Of a stretch of 64,000 nucleotides of DNA, positions 36,619-47,124 are shown piece by piece. The notes beneath the pieces are model-generated. The model saw only the letters and a program-made list of their open reading frames with translations. It was not told the DNA's origin and did no database searches. The DNA comes from Patescibacteria group bacterium (GTDB lineage: Bacteria; Patescibacteriota; Patescibacteriia; JAXHNJ01): contig JAXHNJ010000002.1 of the NCBI GenBank assembly GCA_034520665.1, forward strand, positions 544,660-608,659, given 5' to 3'. Position 1 is the first letter of the stretch; every line of letters begins with the position of its first letter. The position numbers were made by a program, and so were the translations under genes.

Positions 36619-37080
36619 ATGTCTTCTGATACAATAATTTGTATAGACCGTTCACTCGAAATTCCTTATCCGGAATGGGTAAGCAAGATAATACATCCGG
36701 AATTGGAAAAAACTGGGCTTGATGCCTATGATTTAAGTACAGCGGTTTCATTATGGTTTTACAAAAAACAGAAAAAAAGTAGAATTTCTGGAATGACAGT
36801 CTATAATTATCTCAAAGAAAGAAACATGCTTAAATCATGTTTAGGCCTACAAGACGCCCTAGCTGTCCGAACAAAAGGTGGAGCTGTATTCCAGGAAGTA
36901 TTTGACAATAAGGAAGTTTATTTTTTTAAATCAGTGGTGGAAAGCTGTGATGATGAAGGTCTTCACGTTCCCTGTCTTGTTATGGTCTGTGGCCGTGTAG
37001 CACTACGCTGGAGCTGGCTCGACTTTAACTGGTCTATAAAAAAATCCCATAGCTATTTTCAAGTAGCGAATGGTGTATAA
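36619..37080 (+). CDS. Hypothetical protein
   Basis: Strong RBS AAAAAGGAGGG precedes the ATG at 36619. No recognisable domain. Confidence 0.5.
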   Translation: MSSDTIICIDRSLEIPYPEWVSKIIHPELEKTGLDAYDLSTAVSLWFYKKQKKSRISGMTVYNYLKERNMLKSCLGLQDALAVRTKGGAVFQEVFDNKEVYFFKSVVESCDDEGLHVPCLVMVCGRVALRWSWLDFNWSIKKSHSYFQVANGV

Positions 37081-37136
37081 TCAAAGACCCGCATTTTTTA
37101 CAGTGCAGATCATTTTTTTTATTTTAAATTTGAAAA

Positions 37137-38447
37137 TTACAAAACTGATCCAGCCGCTTTAATAATCGGATAAGCAATCGGCGAAGCGGTTAAAAGTGGA
37201 TGAGTACCTACTTGTAAATATTTCAAATCCTGGGCGGTCATCTTTTTTTGGATGGCCAGGGCTATAATATTAATGATTTCTCCGCATGTTTTGGGTCCCA
37301 TCACTTCCCCGCCAATTAATACATTTTTTTGATTAAAAATTAATTTACAGTTTATTTTTTGACTATTTGGTAAACTACCCGGATGATGGTCAAAAGTTTC
37401 AAACGGCCCGGTTTTAAATTTAATATTTTGTTTTTGACAAATATTTTCATTAAAGCCAGCTGAAGCCAGGGTCAAATCAGCAATTTTAGTCGAGCTGACT
37501 GAAATAATACCTTGGTTTTCTTTATTTTTTTTGTAAAGATTAATCGCGGCTATCCGGGCTTCCAGACAGGCAATAGAAGCTAGCATAGCCGGGCTTTCTT
37601 TTTGGGTGATAAAGTCAATTTTTTGAGCACAATCACCAACCGCGAAAATGTCTTTATCCGAAGTCTGGCCGTACTTATTAATTTTAATAGAATTATTTGA
37701 AGAAATTTCTAAACCAGCTTTTTTAGCTAAAGTAATTTCTGGACTGGCTCCAACTGATAAAATAAGAAGATCATTTTTTATTTCCTGGCCATTATTGTAT
37801 ATAACTTTGCCTTTTTCTATTTTTTCAACCTTGGCACCAGTAATAATATTAACTTTTTTTTCTTTTAAGGCCTCTTGAGCTTTTTTAGCCATTTCCTGAT
37901 CAAAAGCCAGGCCCAGACAAACATCCATGGCTTCGATAACTGTAATATTTTTACCTTCTTTTTTAGTCAGGTCATCAGCAATTTCCAGACCAATAAAACC
38001 GCCGCCAATAATCACTACTTCTTTAGCTTTTAACATAGCCTGACGCAGTTTTTCTAAGTAGGGGCAATCTTTTTTAATTAACCAGTGTTTATTTTCATCA
38101 AGACCCTTAATAGGTAGTGATTTAGGATTCGAGCCAGTGGCTAAAATTAATTTTTCATATTCCATTTCAAAATTAGGGGTGCTTATTTTTTTATTTTCTT
38201 TGTTAATTTGAATAACTTCATCAATAATTAATTCGATATTGTTATCAGTCAATTTTTCGTCCGGAATAATGTTTTTATCAATCGAGTCCAGGCTGTTAAA
38301 GGTATAAGGAATACCGCAGGGAATCGGACTCTTTTCTGTTTTACGGATGAGAGTAATTTTTTGTTTTGGATAATTTTTTCGCGTTTCCAAAGCGGCGGTA
38401 ATACCGCCCGGGCCGCCGCCGATAATTATTATCTCTGATTTTTTCAT
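37137..38447 (-). CDS. FAD-dependent pyridine nucleotide-disulfide oxidoreductase (CoA-disulfide reductase / NADH oxidase family)
   Basis: IIIGGGPGG FAD-binding motif, VVIIGGGFIGLE NAD-binding motif and a C-terminal dimerisation region. Confidence 0.85.
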   Translation of the reverse strand: MKKSEIIIIGGGPGGITAALETRKNYPKQKITLIRKTEKSPIPCGIPYTFNSLDSIDKNIIPDEKLTDNNIELIIDEVIQINKENKKISTPNFEMEYEKLILATGSNPKSLPIKGLDENKHWLIKKDCPYLEKLRQAMLKAKEVVIIGGGFIGLEIADDLTKKEGKNITVIEAMDVCLGLAFDQEMAKKAQEALKEKKVNIITGAKVEKIEKGKVIYNNGQEIKNDLLILSVGASPEITLAKKAGLEISSNNSIKINKYGQTSDKDIFAVGDCAQKIDFITQKESPAMLASIACLEARIAAINLYKKNKENQGIISVSSTKIADLTLASAGFNENICQKQNIKFKTGPFETFDHHPGSLPNSQKINCKLIFNQKNVLIGGEVMGPKTCGEIINIIALAIQKKMTAQDLKYLQVGTHPLLTASPIAYPIIKAAGSVL

Positions 38448-38468
38448 GATTTTTAATTAAAAAATTAA

Positions 38469-39398
38469 TTATTTAATCTTTAACTTTTTTTTGCCGAGAA
38501 AAATATCATAAGCCTCTTTTACAGAATAATTATAGAGCGAAATAGAGGAAATAGCATTGGCCATCCTTATCGCTTGTTTAAGAGGTCTTTGGTAGATATT
38601 TCTGCCAATAGCGTTACCTTTTGTACCAGCGATATGAATTTGATTATATATATTTTGCAAAAATTGGCGGGGATTTTTCTTTGAACCACCGACACAAATA
38701 ACCTTGCTTCGGCCAGCGGCCGTTGTTACTTCTTTAAAAGCCCAAGCAATTTCTTTATTGTTCTTATTATAGGGATAGTTTATTTTTACAAAGTCAGTGC
38801 CTAAACATAAAGCAACACCAGCAGCGCCAGCCAGTAGATGAATATTTTCTTCATTTTTTACGGCCTTGCCTCGAGGATACATCCAAATAACTGTGATCAA
38901 ACCTTCTTGATGGGCTCTGTAAATAAGGTGAGCAGCTTGGTTTAACATATCTGATTCATACCAGCTACCAAGATAAATTGTATAACCTACACCAACAATA
39001 TTTAAACGAGACTGTTTTTTAAATTTTATAATTTCATTAAGATGTATCCATATGTTACTAAAAGGATCTTTGTATTCCTTTTTTTGTAAATTAGTTTTTG
39101 AATTGACTTTAACTAAATAGGGAACATTAGTGTAATCTCGCCCGTATTTTGCCATTAAACCTAATTGCGTAGCAAAAACACCAATATTTGCTTTACTGGC
39201 AATTTTGAAATAATGTTCTGGATCAGCGGTTTCTTTAGAAATATTTTTACCCACAAAATCGTCGTTTAGATGTTCCACTTTTTGATCGCCGGCAAACATC
39301 ATCATTCGACCAGTATTACGCGTGGCCGCTTTGTAATTTTTAATATATTCTTTTTCTTTACTTTTGGGAATGGTTAAAGGTATGTTTATTTTTTTCAT
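38469..39398 (-). CDS. Class I (archaeal-type, DhnA/FbaB-like) fructose-bisphosphate aldolase
   Basis: Family-typical motifs, including the Schiff-base Lys region VKVNSK. Confidence 0.8.
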   Translation of the reverse strand: MKKINIPLTIPKSKEKEYIKNYKAATRNTGRMMMFAGDQKVEHLNDDFVGKNISKETADPEHYFKIASKANIGVFATQLGLMAKYGRDYTNVPYLVKVNSKTNLQKKEYKDPFSNIWIHLNEIIKFKKQSRLNIVGVGYTIYLGSWYESDMLNQAAHLIYRAHQEGLITVIWMYPRGKAVKNEENIHLLAGAAGVALCLGTDFVKINYPYNKNNKEIAWAFKEVTTAAGRSKVICVGGSKKNPRQFLQNIYNQIHIAGTKGNAIGRNIYQRPLKQAIRMANAISSISLYNYSVKEAYDIFLGKKKLKIK

Positions 39399-39455
39399 AT
39401 TTTTTGTAAATTAATATATTTTTATTATAACAAATTTTTTTGAATAATAAAAAAC

Positions 39456-40199
39456 TTATTCAGGAAAAAACATAGTTAGTCCCAGATAGGTAAATATGCT
39501 TAAAATTATGCCAATAATAAAGAGATATATTTTTTTGTATTTTAAAGCCATAGGTAGTAATTCGTGGATAGAAATAAATATCATTGCTCCGGCAGCAAAA
39601 GCCATAAAAAGAGGATTTAGAGCTGGGGCTATTGAAACAGCCAAAAGTCCGAAAACAGCCCCGGCTGGTTCAGCTAAGGCAGAAAGAATAGCCAGATTAA
39701 TTAATGCTTTTCTTTTTTTGGCTATGACCAGTGGTACAGCCATAGCAAATTCTTCTGGTATATTATGAATAGCAATTGAGATGGCAATCAAAATTCCTAA
39801 ACGCGGAGCGTAAATATAAGAATTAGCCATAGCAAAGCCTTCAGGAAAATCGTGAAGAATTAGTCCTAGAGCTACTAAATAAGCAGTTTTAATCTGCCAG
39901 TGTAATTGTCCTTTTTCTTTGATATAATGAATGTGAGGAATAATGAAATTTAAAGAATAAACAAAAAGAATCCCTAATATTAAAGCTATTAGGGCAGAAA
40001 AAGTATTAGATGCTCCAATTGACTCTGGTATAAGCTCAAAAAAAGAAATAATCATCATTATACCTGCGGAAAAGCCAATACCTGTGGCGATCAAATTAGA
40101 TTTTTTTTTAAAATAAAAAGCAAGAAGCAAACCAATTGCGGTAGTTAAAGCCGAAAGAAGAGATAGTAAAATTACACTGATAATAACTAAAGTTGACAT
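39456..40199 (-). CDS. ZIP-family zinc/metal transporter (ZupT-like)
   Basis: HDFPEGFAMA and HNIPEEFAMAVPL metal-binding TM motifs. Confidence 0.88.
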   Translation of the reverse strand: MSTLVIISVILLSLLSALTTAIGLLLAFYFKKKSNLIATGIGFSAGIMMIISFFELIPESIGASNTFSALIALILGILFVYSLNFIIPHIHYIKEKGQLHWQIKTAYLVALGLILHDFPEGFAMANSYIYAPRLGILIAISIAIHNIPEEFAMAVPLVIAKKRKALINLAILSALAEPAGAVFGLLAVSIAPALNPLFMAFAAGAMIFISIHELLPMALKYKKIYLFIIGIILSIFTYLGLTMFFPE

Positions 40200-40397
40200 A
40201 TTAGAAATTTGGATACAAAGATTGATTTAATCTTAAATTTTTTTAAATTTTTCTTTTTCTCTTTCTTTATTTATTAAAAAAGAATAACTTTGTAGAAAAA
40301 TTTCGCCTTAATATATTTTTTTAATAATAAAAAAAACATAAAGTCAAATTCTAAATACAAGAAGTAATAAATTAATTTTTGATTTAAAACTTTTAGA

Positions 40398-42446
40398 TTA
40401 AGTAAATCCCAATAACTTTCCTCCCTGATAAATAAAAAATGATACTATCCAGGCTAAAGCCATACTGTAAGCGACCACAAAGAGAGCCCATTTGAAGGAA
40501 TGAGTTTCTTTTTTTATAACCGCGATAGTAGCTAGGCAGGGCGTATAAATGAGGGAAAAAACCATAAAAGACAAAGCGCTTAAAGCAGTAAAATTAGATT
40601 TTAAAACAACTGTCAGAGATTCTTCAGCTACTCCATAAAGAGTGCCTAAGGTACTAACCACTACTTCTTTAGCAGCTGTGCCGAAAAATAAAGCCACTGT
40701 TTCTTGCCATCCGCCAAAGCCAAGCGGTTTAAATAGAGGAGAAACAACCGACCCAATTTTTCCGATAATAGAATTCTGGGCCGCGTATTCAACGCCCCAG
40801 GGCATACTGGCCAAAAGCCAAATAACAACTGAGAAGATTAAGATAATACTACCGGCTCTTTTAATAAATTCCCAGCATTTTTCCCAGACATGAATCAAAA
40901 GACCTTTCAAAACCGGCCAGTGATATGAAGGCAGTTCAATCACAAAAGGTTCAGACAAACCGCCAAAAAATAATTTATTAAAAATTTTACCGATTACAAT
41001 AGCTAAAATTACTCCCAAAATATAAAGACCAAAAATAACCCATCCCTGATAAGCGGAAAAAAAAGCGGCTGTAAAAAGGATATAAATAGGCAGCCGGCCG
41101 CTGCAGGACATGAGCGGATTAATTAAAATAGTCAAAAGTCGGTCTTTTTTTGAACGCAAGGTCCGAGTAGCCATAATAGCCGGCACATTACAGCCAAAGC
41201 CTAAAATTAAAGGAATAAATGATTTGCCGTGTAAACCAATACGGTGCATAAAACGATCCATAACAAAGGCCACCCGGGCTAGATAACCGGTATCTTCCAT
41301 GAGGCCAATAAAAAGAAAGAGTATAAAAATATTGGGTAAAAAAGAAAGCACAGTGCCAGTGCCGCCGATAAGACCATTATTAATCAGCGAATTAATCCAA
41401 GTCGCCGCTTCAATTAAAGCCAATTTTTGACTGATAATCTCACCCAAATGGTCAAATAAGTTATTGATAATTTCTACCAAAGGAGCAGCCAGAGTAAAAG
41501 TGAGTTGAAACATCAAAAGCATAATTAAGAAAAATATGATAAGACCCCAGAATTTATCAGTCAAAACGCGGTCAATTTTATCAGAAGATGATTTGGCCTC
41601 TTTGTTTTTTTGATCAATTACTTCTTGGCCAACTCCGCGGATAAAACTATAACGTACTTCTGACAAAAGCGAACTGATGGATTGGTCAAATATTTTTTTT
41701 AGACGCCGGCGACTCTTTTTAATTACTAGTGATAATTTACTAAAGTATTTTTTGTTTTTTAGCTTTTTTATAAAATGTTCATCTTTTTCCAAAAGCCTTA
41801 AAGCCACCCAGTTAATATTGCAAGCTGGGAAGGAAATCTCATTATTGATTAAAATATTTTTTATTTTATTTGTTTCTTGGTTAACTTCATCTCCATAGGT
41901 TAACTTAATCTTACATTCTTTTTTAATTTTATGGGCTTGACTAAAAATTAAATCAAGAAGATTACCCACCTTTTCTTTTTTAGGGGCTTCAATTTTAACT
42001 ATTGATACTCCTAATAATTCGGCCAGTTTTTTTTCATTTACAAAAAAATCGTGCTTTTCCGCCAAGGTAGACCTATTTAAAGCAATAATCAGAGGAGCTC
42101 CTAATTCGATTAATTGGACTGATAAATACAGATTTCTTTCTAAATTTTCGGTGTCAATTATTTGAACAATAATATCAGGCTGATCATGCATTATAAAATC
42201 CCGGCTGACTATTTCTTCTTCAGTATAGGCTGATAAACCATAAACTCCTGGTAAATCGACTACTTTGATTTTATGGTTTTTATAAATAAAAAAACCTTCT
42301 TTTTTTTCGACGGTTTTGCCGGGCCAGTTACCGACGTGCTGATGGGAACCGGTTAAGGTATTAAAAAGAGTGGATTTACCGACATTGGGATTGCCGATTA
42401 GGCCAATAGTAATATGTTCTTCAATTTTTTTAAACTTTTTTAACAT
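40398..42446 (-). CDS. feoB: Ferrous iron transporter FeoB
   Basis: G-domain [16 protein letters not shown] and the Gate/TM domains. The ORF opens at 42479. The start at MLKK (42446) gives a 17-nt overlap with feoA. Confidence 0.93.
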   Translation of the reverse strand: MLKKFKKIEEHITIGLIGNPNVGKSTLFNTLTGSHQHVGNWPGKTVEKKEGFFIYKNHKIKVVDLPGVYGLSAYTEEEIVSRDFIMHDQPDIIVQIIDTENLERNLYLSVQLIELGAPLIIALNRSTLAEKHDFFVNEKKLAELLGVSIVKIEAPKKEKVGNLLDLIFSQAHKIKKECKIKLTYGDEVNQETNKIKNILINNEISFPACNINWVALRLLEKDEHFIKKLKNKKYFSKLSLVIKKSRRRLKKIFDQSISSLLSEVRYSFIRGVGQEVIDQKNKEAKSSSDKIDRVLTDKFWGLIIFFLIMLLMFQLTFTLAAPLVEIINNLFDHLGEIISQKLALIEAATWINSLINNGLIGGTGTVLSFLPNIFILFLFIGLMEDTGYLARVAFVMDRFMHRIGLHGKSFIPLILGFGCNVPAIMATRTLRSKKDRLLTILINPLMSCSGRLPIYILFTAAFFSAYQGWVIFGLYILGVILAIVIGKIFNKLFFGGLSEPFVIELPSYHWPVLKGLLIHVWEKCWEFIKRAGSIILIFSVVIWLLASMPWGVEYAAQNSIIGKIGSVVSPLFKPLGFGGWQETVALFFGTAAKEVVVSTLGTLYGVAEESLTVVLKSNFTALSALSFMVFSLIYTPCLATIAVIKKETHSFKWALFVVAYSMALAWIVSFFIYQGGKLLGFT

Positions 42447-42702
42447 AGGTTCTTTTGGCTTGATGCTGGCCAAGGGCAATTTTTGAATTAAACACTTTTA
42501 AAATTACCGGACCAAAACGGTCATTTTTTATAATTTTGGCTTTAGCTCCTTCATAAAGACCAAGTTCGCCCAGCCTTTGTCTAAACCCGGGGCCGCCAGG
42601 CATGCCGGTTATTTCTATATCAGTGCCAGCCGGATAATCAGCCAGTGATTTTCCTTGGAGGGGTATATTTTTTCTTTTTCTAAATCTTTTTCGTCTAAAC
42701 AT
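42430..42702 (-). CDS. feoA: FeoA ferrous iron transport protein
   Basis: SH3-like FeoA pattern ([32 protein letters not shown]...GPVILKV). Confidence 0.8.
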   Translation of the reverse strand: MFRRKRFRKRKNIPLQGKSLADYPAGTDIEITGMPGGPGFRQRLGELGLYEGAKAKIIKNDRFGPVILKVFNSKIALGQHQAKRTYVKKV

Positions 42703-42709
42703 TTTTTAT

Positions 42710-43114
42710 TTATTTTGGTATTTTTTTGCCGTGCGGGCATTTTTTTGGATTTTTTAAAATTTTTTCTAATTTTTTAATCGATAAATCAGAAAAAGCATGC
42801 TCCAAATGATGTGCTTCTTGGTGAATATTTTCATTTTTCAGACCCAAAGATTTTTTTAAGAAAACTTCGATTAAACGATGACGACGAGTGATTTCTTTAG
42901 CTTTGACTAAACCTTTTTTAGTTAAATTTACGGTGCCGTAAGGCTTTTTATTAATATATTTTTTTTGCTGTAGCTTATTTAACATAGCTGAAACTGAAGG
43001 CTTGGATATATTTAAATAATCAGCTATTTTTTTAGAATGAATATTTTTATCTTTTTCCCAGAGAATATAAAGGGTGCGTAAATAATCTTCCTGGCTTTGT
43101 TTTTGTCTTTTCAT
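42710..43114 (-). CDS. DtxR/MntR-family metal-dependent transcriptional repressor
   Basis: N-terminal wHTH (IADYLNISKPSVSAMLNKL) and a dimerisation/metal-binding helix (RHRLIEVFL...HQEAHHLEH). Confidence 0.85.
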   Translation of the reverse strand: MKRQKQSQEDYLRTLYILWEKDKNIHSKKIADYLNISKPSVSAMLNKLQQKKYINKKPYGTVNLTKKGLVKAKEITRRHRLIEVFLKKSLGLKNENIHQEAHHLEHAFSDLSIKKLEKILKNPKKCPHGKKIPK

Positions 43115-43258
43115 AAAAAATGTTAGTTATAACTAACTTTAATAATAGACTATTAAATTAATTATGTAAATTACTTTTTTGGGGATAAATAACCTCTTTA
43201 TTATAATATTAATAAATGTTATTATATTTATTGGCTAATAATTAATTTTTAAAAAAAT

Positions 43259-43576
43259 ATGGCTCAAAGAAAAAAAGCATCAAAAAAAACTCATCACTCT
43301 AATTTATCTTCAGAATTTAAAAAATTGGGGCAGAACCTGGAAATAAACATTAAATCGGCCTGGCATTCGCAGCAGAGAAAAAAACTGGAGGCACAAGTCG
43401 GAGAGGGTTTGAATAAATTAGTTCAAGGTATTGACCGGATTTATAAAAAATCCCAGGAAAAAGACTTTGATAAAAAAGTAAAACAAGGCCTTTTCCAAGC
43501 CGTCCAAAAAGCCAATAAAAAGCTAGATCAAGTACATAAGAAATGGGAAAAAGACGAAAAAAATAAAAATAATTAA
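43259..43576 (+). CDS. Lys-rich hypothetical small protein
   Basis: 105-aa ORF. A terminator follows. Confidence 0.45.
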   Translation: MAQRKKASKKTHHSNLSSEFKKLGQNLEINIKSAWHSQQRKKLEAQVGEGLNKLVQGIDRIYKKSQEKDFDKKVKQGLFQAVQKANKKLDQVHKKWEKDEKNKNN

Positions 43577-43602
43577 TTAAAGCGTATAAATATAATTGAT
43601 TA

Positions 43603-43631
43603 ATCCCGGCTCAACGGCTGGGATTTTTGTT
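43603..43631 (+). terminator. Rho-independent terminator
   Basis: ATCCCGGC-tcaac-GGCTGGGAT hairpin followed by TTTTTG. Confidence 0.55.
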
Positions 43632-44113
43632 AATCAAAAAAGAGGGCACTCAAATTTGAGTGGCCAGAGGTATATAGCCTTCTATTTTCCAGCTTTAATG
43701 ATATTGCTGGATTAAAACTAGCCGTACGTTAGTCTAATAGAAACTTACCTCATTCCAAAATACCCTCATAATATCAACACTCCTTAAACCGTGTTTGACA
43801 TTATCTTAGTGACAATCCGGACAAGGCCGGGTACGAATTTAGCGGCCTTAGAGGCTTTTCCAACGGTGAAGTAGGAAGGAATCCAAGGCACCGGATTTAT
43901 TCTAATATAAATTTATTATTTTTGCAATGTTTGATTAATTAATAAAATATAGTTATAATATTGGTATCATAAATTTTGTTCTTTTTTCACCTTCTGGAAT
44001 AGCCTGAAAGGAGTTTATTAAAGGCTTTTAATTATTCCAGATTAGGGAATTAGATTTGACAACGAAGCGTCAAGCAGCTTTAACCCCCTGTTTATTAAAA
44101 AAGGAGGTAAGGA

Positions 44114-44545
44114 ATGAAAAAATTCCTTGTCATGATTTTTGCCATCGTAATGGCTTTCCCGCTAGTCGTAATGGCCAGCGTCGGAGAAGCAGAGAGGCTC
44201 GGTACTTATTCCGACTCCGAGATGGAAAAGGTTGAGTACAGGATAACCGAGACTGCGGTAAAATGGTCTGAAGTTATCAAGAGTACGATTATTGAGGAAG
44301 TAGCGAACACGGCATATAAGAAGACATGGCCGGCAGTAGCTGAAAAATGTATGATTAATGTGAAAATGAATACTAGAGTAACCCGGGAGACCAGAAAAGA
44401 GACTAGTGCCAAGATTTTCGTCAACGTCTCGAATATAATGGTTGAAGATGTTTCTTCTGTGATTAAAAAGCCGAACTTTCAGCTCGACACCATTTCTATT
44501 CACACGATTGCAAACGATTTCGGCGAGGCCATGCATTTCGCCTGA
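44114..44545 (+). CDS. Secreted hypothetical protein with a signal peptide, GC-rich
   Basis: Strong RBS AAGGAGGT. Signal peptide MKKFLVMIFAIVMAFPLVVMASVG. Higher GC than the flanks. Confidence 0.6.
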   Translation: MKKFLVMIFAIVMAFPLVVMASVGEAERLGTYSDSEMEKVEYRITETAVKWSEVIKSTIIEEVANTAYKKTWPAVAEKCMINVKMNTRVTRETRKETSAKIFVNVSNIMVEDVSSVIKKPNFQLDTISIHTIANDFGEAMHFA

Positions 44546-44656
44546 CTCCCCTTTTCAGGCAGATGTAATGCTAAGACATCTTAGTTTTTAACACTTACCC
44601 TCGAGCCATGCACTCGGGGGATTTTTTTTGGTTTTGTCATTGATTTATTCAGATAA

Positions 44657-44690
44657 TAAAATACCCTGACTTTGAAATCAGGGTATTTTA
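44657..44690. terminator. Perfect 11-bp hairpin, bidirectional terminator
   Basis: AAATACCCTGA-ctttgaaa-TCAGGGTATTT. Confidence 0.65.
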
Positions 44691-44708
44691 CTTAATGCTT
44701 AGATATTT

Positions 44709-45167
44709 TTAAGAGTCTGTATTAACCTGGTCATGACATTCCTGTTTCATCATACCACGGCCTCTTTTCATACCTTGACCAAAACCACCATTTTCTATTC
44801 TATTCTGATGTCTTTCTTTCATGTTTTGCTTTATCTCCTGAGCATATTCTTCTGATATTTTACCTTCGGTTACTAAGTTATCAATTTCTGCGTTTTTATG
44901 CGCTTCCATTTTTTCGTGCATTTCTTCCGAAGAAAGGCCGCTTTCCTCTACTATTTCATGGAAATTTAAACCTTGATCAAATTTAGCTTGAAGTTCTTCA
45001 GATGATAAACCCATCACTTCGGCTTTATTCTCAATCATTTTATCCCGGTCACCCCCAAATAATCCCATAAATCCATTACTCTCTTCAGCGGCAGCATTCA
45101 TGATAAAACCGCTGATTAAAACCGTGCTAATAACGGCCAGAATACTAATAAATAATGTTTTTTTCAT
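44709..45167 (-). CDS. Secreted hypothetical protein with a signal peptide
   Basis: MKKTLFISILAVISTVLISGFIMNAAA signal. Gly/Met-rich C-terminus. Confidence 0.6.
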   Translation of the reverse strand: MKKTLFISILAVISTVLISGFIMNAAAEESNGFMGLFGGDRDKMIENKAEVMGLSSEELQAKFDQGLNFHEIVEESGLSSEEMHEKMEAHKNAEIDNLVTEGKISEEYAQEIKQNMKERHQNRIENGGFGQGMKRGRGMMKQECHDQVNTDS

Positions 45168-45243
45168 ATATCTTTTATTATAGTTTAATTATTAATGTTC
45201 TTATTTTTCGACCTTGTACTATTAATACAAAGTTAAAAGAATT

Positions 45244-46008
45244 TTATTTCATTAGCCGAAAAGGTCCTTGACGGCGGGGTCGAAGCCTATTTTCATTAGA
45301 GTGGTGCCAGTACTGGCCGGAAAATATTTTAATACCCTGAGCTTTAAGTAATCCGTTTTCAAGTTGACCGAGCACGGCAATTTTTTGGCCAATTTCTAAT
45401 TCTATATCCTGAGGCATGAGGGTTTCTTGGTCATAAATCACTTCAATTTCTTCTTCTAGAGGAGTGGTTATAGTTATTAAATTATTTTCTAAGTTAATAA
45501 TTTCACCGATTTGAGCCGGACCCTTTTTTAGGTTATAGCCTATTTTCTGTTTAAAGAAAGAAGAAGCAAAAGGAATATTTTTTTCCTGAGCCAGGTTATG
45601 AATTTTTCTCGGAATATTAAAAGCAGCCGTAGTTAAACCAAAAAGAATAACTCCGAAAACAATCAAAACAATAATTAAAGAAAAATTATTTTTGTAGGAA
45701 AAATCAAAACTTTTAAGAATATAACCGGTAATAATAATCAAAACGATAGCTATAATTAAAAGTTCATAGGGAAATTTTAAAAATACTATACCGAAACCAG
45801 ACCAGCCAAAATCAGTAAATTCTAAAGCCCCAGACTCAATTAAAACATAACCGATCAGGCCAATAATCAAAATACTAATTAAAATGAGTAAAACAGCGGC
45901 GCTTTCCAGGCCCAGTTTTTCGGCCATGACTGAAAATCGAGAGCGCATTTTTATCTTCTTCTCTTTAATAGTTTTATTTATTTTTTGGGCTAAATTAGAG
46001 TTTTTCAT
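45244..46008 (-). CDS. Putative membrane-bound anti-sigma factor partnering the upstream ECF sigma
   Basis: It overlaps the sigma gene's stop. Several TM helices. This is the typical sigma/anti-sigma arrangement. Confidence 0.5.
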   Translation of the reverse strand: MKNSNLAQKINKTIKEKKIKMRSRFSVMAEKLGLESAAVLLILISILIIGLIGYVLIESGALEFTDFGWSGFGIVFLKFPYELLIIAIVLIIITGYILKSFDFSYKNNFSLIIVLIVFGVILFGLTTAAFNIPRKIHNLAQEKNIPFASSFFKQKIGYNLKKGPAQIGEIINLENNLITITTPLEEEIEVIYDQETLMPQDIELEIGQKIAVLGQLENGLLKAQGIKIFSGQYWHHSNENRLRPRRQGPFRLMK

Positions 46009-46549
46009 ATTTTGATAAATTTTCCTTAAGATTATTTTTGGCCCGGGAAATCAAAGTGCCGACAGTATTTATTGGTTTCCGCAAGATGTCGGAAATTTCT
46101 TCATAGCTTTTCTGCTGAAAATAGCGCAAAATCAAAACTTCCCGGTATTTTACGTCCAGATTATATATTTCTTTTTTTACTTTTTCAAATTGCTGCTTTA
46201 TATTTAATTCTTGGAAAAGATCAGTATTATCCGGCAAAACTTCATCAAAATTATTTTTTTCCAAAGAAACTTCTTTTTTTCTTTTTTTAATATAATTTAT
46301 AACTTCGTTATGAGTAATACGGTAAATCCAGGAGGAAAACTTTTTTTCTAAATCAAAGGCACGCAGGTTTTTATAAACCTTAATAAAAGTTTCCTGAAGA
46401 ATATCCTCACATTCATCTTTGGAAAAATGTCCCAGACGATAAATATATCTAAAAAGAGGTTTTTGATATCTTTCTACTATCTCGGCAAAAAGATCCTTAT
46501 TTTCTTCAGTGATTTGCCGGATTATTTCTTGGTCGGACTTTTTATCCAT
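45995..46549 (-). CDS. ECF (sigma-70 family) RNA polymerase sigma factor
   Basis: Region 2 (DILQETFIKVYKNLRAFD...FSSWIYRITHNEVINY) and region 4 (YREVLILRYFQQKSYEEISDIL). The start is probably MDKKSDQ at 46549. Confidence 0.85.
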   Translation of the reverse strand: MDKKSDQEIIRQITEENKDLFAEIVERYQKPLFRYIYRLGHFSKDECEDILQETFIKVYKNLRAFDLEKKFSSWIYRITHNEVINYIKKRKKEVSLEKNNFDEVLPDNTDLFQELNIKQQFEKVKKEIYNLDVKYREVLILRYFQQKSYEEISDILRKPINTVGTLISRAKNNLKENLSKYEKL

Positions 46550-46628
46550 AATTGAAGGGGTGTCTATATTAATACAAATATAACCTTGGAAATATTTCAA
46601 ATTTATACTATAATAATAAAACAAACCC

Positions 46629-46791
46629 ATGAATATTGAAACCGCTAAGACTATAATTATCTGGACTTTGACCGTATTCCTAGCCGGGTTAATCGGTTAC
46701 TTTGGCCGTTATCTGGCTATGATGGTTATTGATCGGACTCGCCAAAATAAAAATTTAACTGTTGATAAAAAGAAAAAAGAGAAAATATAGA
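46629..46791 (+). CDS. Small membrane protein (about 53 aa)
   Basis: MNIETAKTIIIWTLTVFLAGLIGYFGRYLAMMVIDRTRQNK... single TM. Below the ORF-track cutoff. Coordinates are good to about 2 nt. Confidence 0.3.
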
Positions 46792-46889
46792 CCCAAAAAA
46801 TAGCCATAGCCAAAAAAAAGCTAAACTAGCCCAGAAAAAAGCTAAAAATGAATATAAATTAAATAAGAAATTAAACAAGGATAAATAAC

Positions 46890-47066
46890 ATGTCTAAAGA
46901 AGAAGAAAAAAAGCCAAAAAATAAAAAAGGCAAAGCCAAGAAGTTTTTTCTCTTTGCTTTAATCACGGCTATTGGCACAACCGTAGCCGCTCTTTTTGTC
47001 AAAAAGAAAAATAAGGATTTATTATCCGATAAAAAATTGGAAAAGAAAAGCAAAAAGAAAAAGTAA
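46890..47066 (+). CDS. Small Lys-rich single-TM protein (58 aa)
   Basis: MSKEEEKKPKNKKGKAKKFFLFALITAIGTTVAALFVKKKNKD... with AAGGA 8 nt upstream. Confidence 0.35.
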   Translation: MSKEEEKKPKNKKGKAKKFFLFALITAIGTTVAALFVKKKNKDLLSDKKLEKKSKKKK

Positions 47067-47089
47067 ATCTAGTTAGATTTTGATGAAAA

Positions 47090-47122
47090 AAAATAAACCC
47101 CTGAAAATTTCAGGGGTTTTAT
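47090..47122. terminator. Perfect hairpin, bidirectional terminator
   Basis: AAACCCCTGAAAATTTCAGGGGTTT. Confidence 0.65.
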
Positions 47123-47124
47123 GA

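Noticed and set aside
37648-37878. Antisense ORFs inside the oxidoreductase gene, and the same for the FeoB, ZIP, ABC-permease, purN and EamA genes
   Set aside because: They are embedded in well-supported genes on the opposite strand and have hydrophobic or low-complexity translations.
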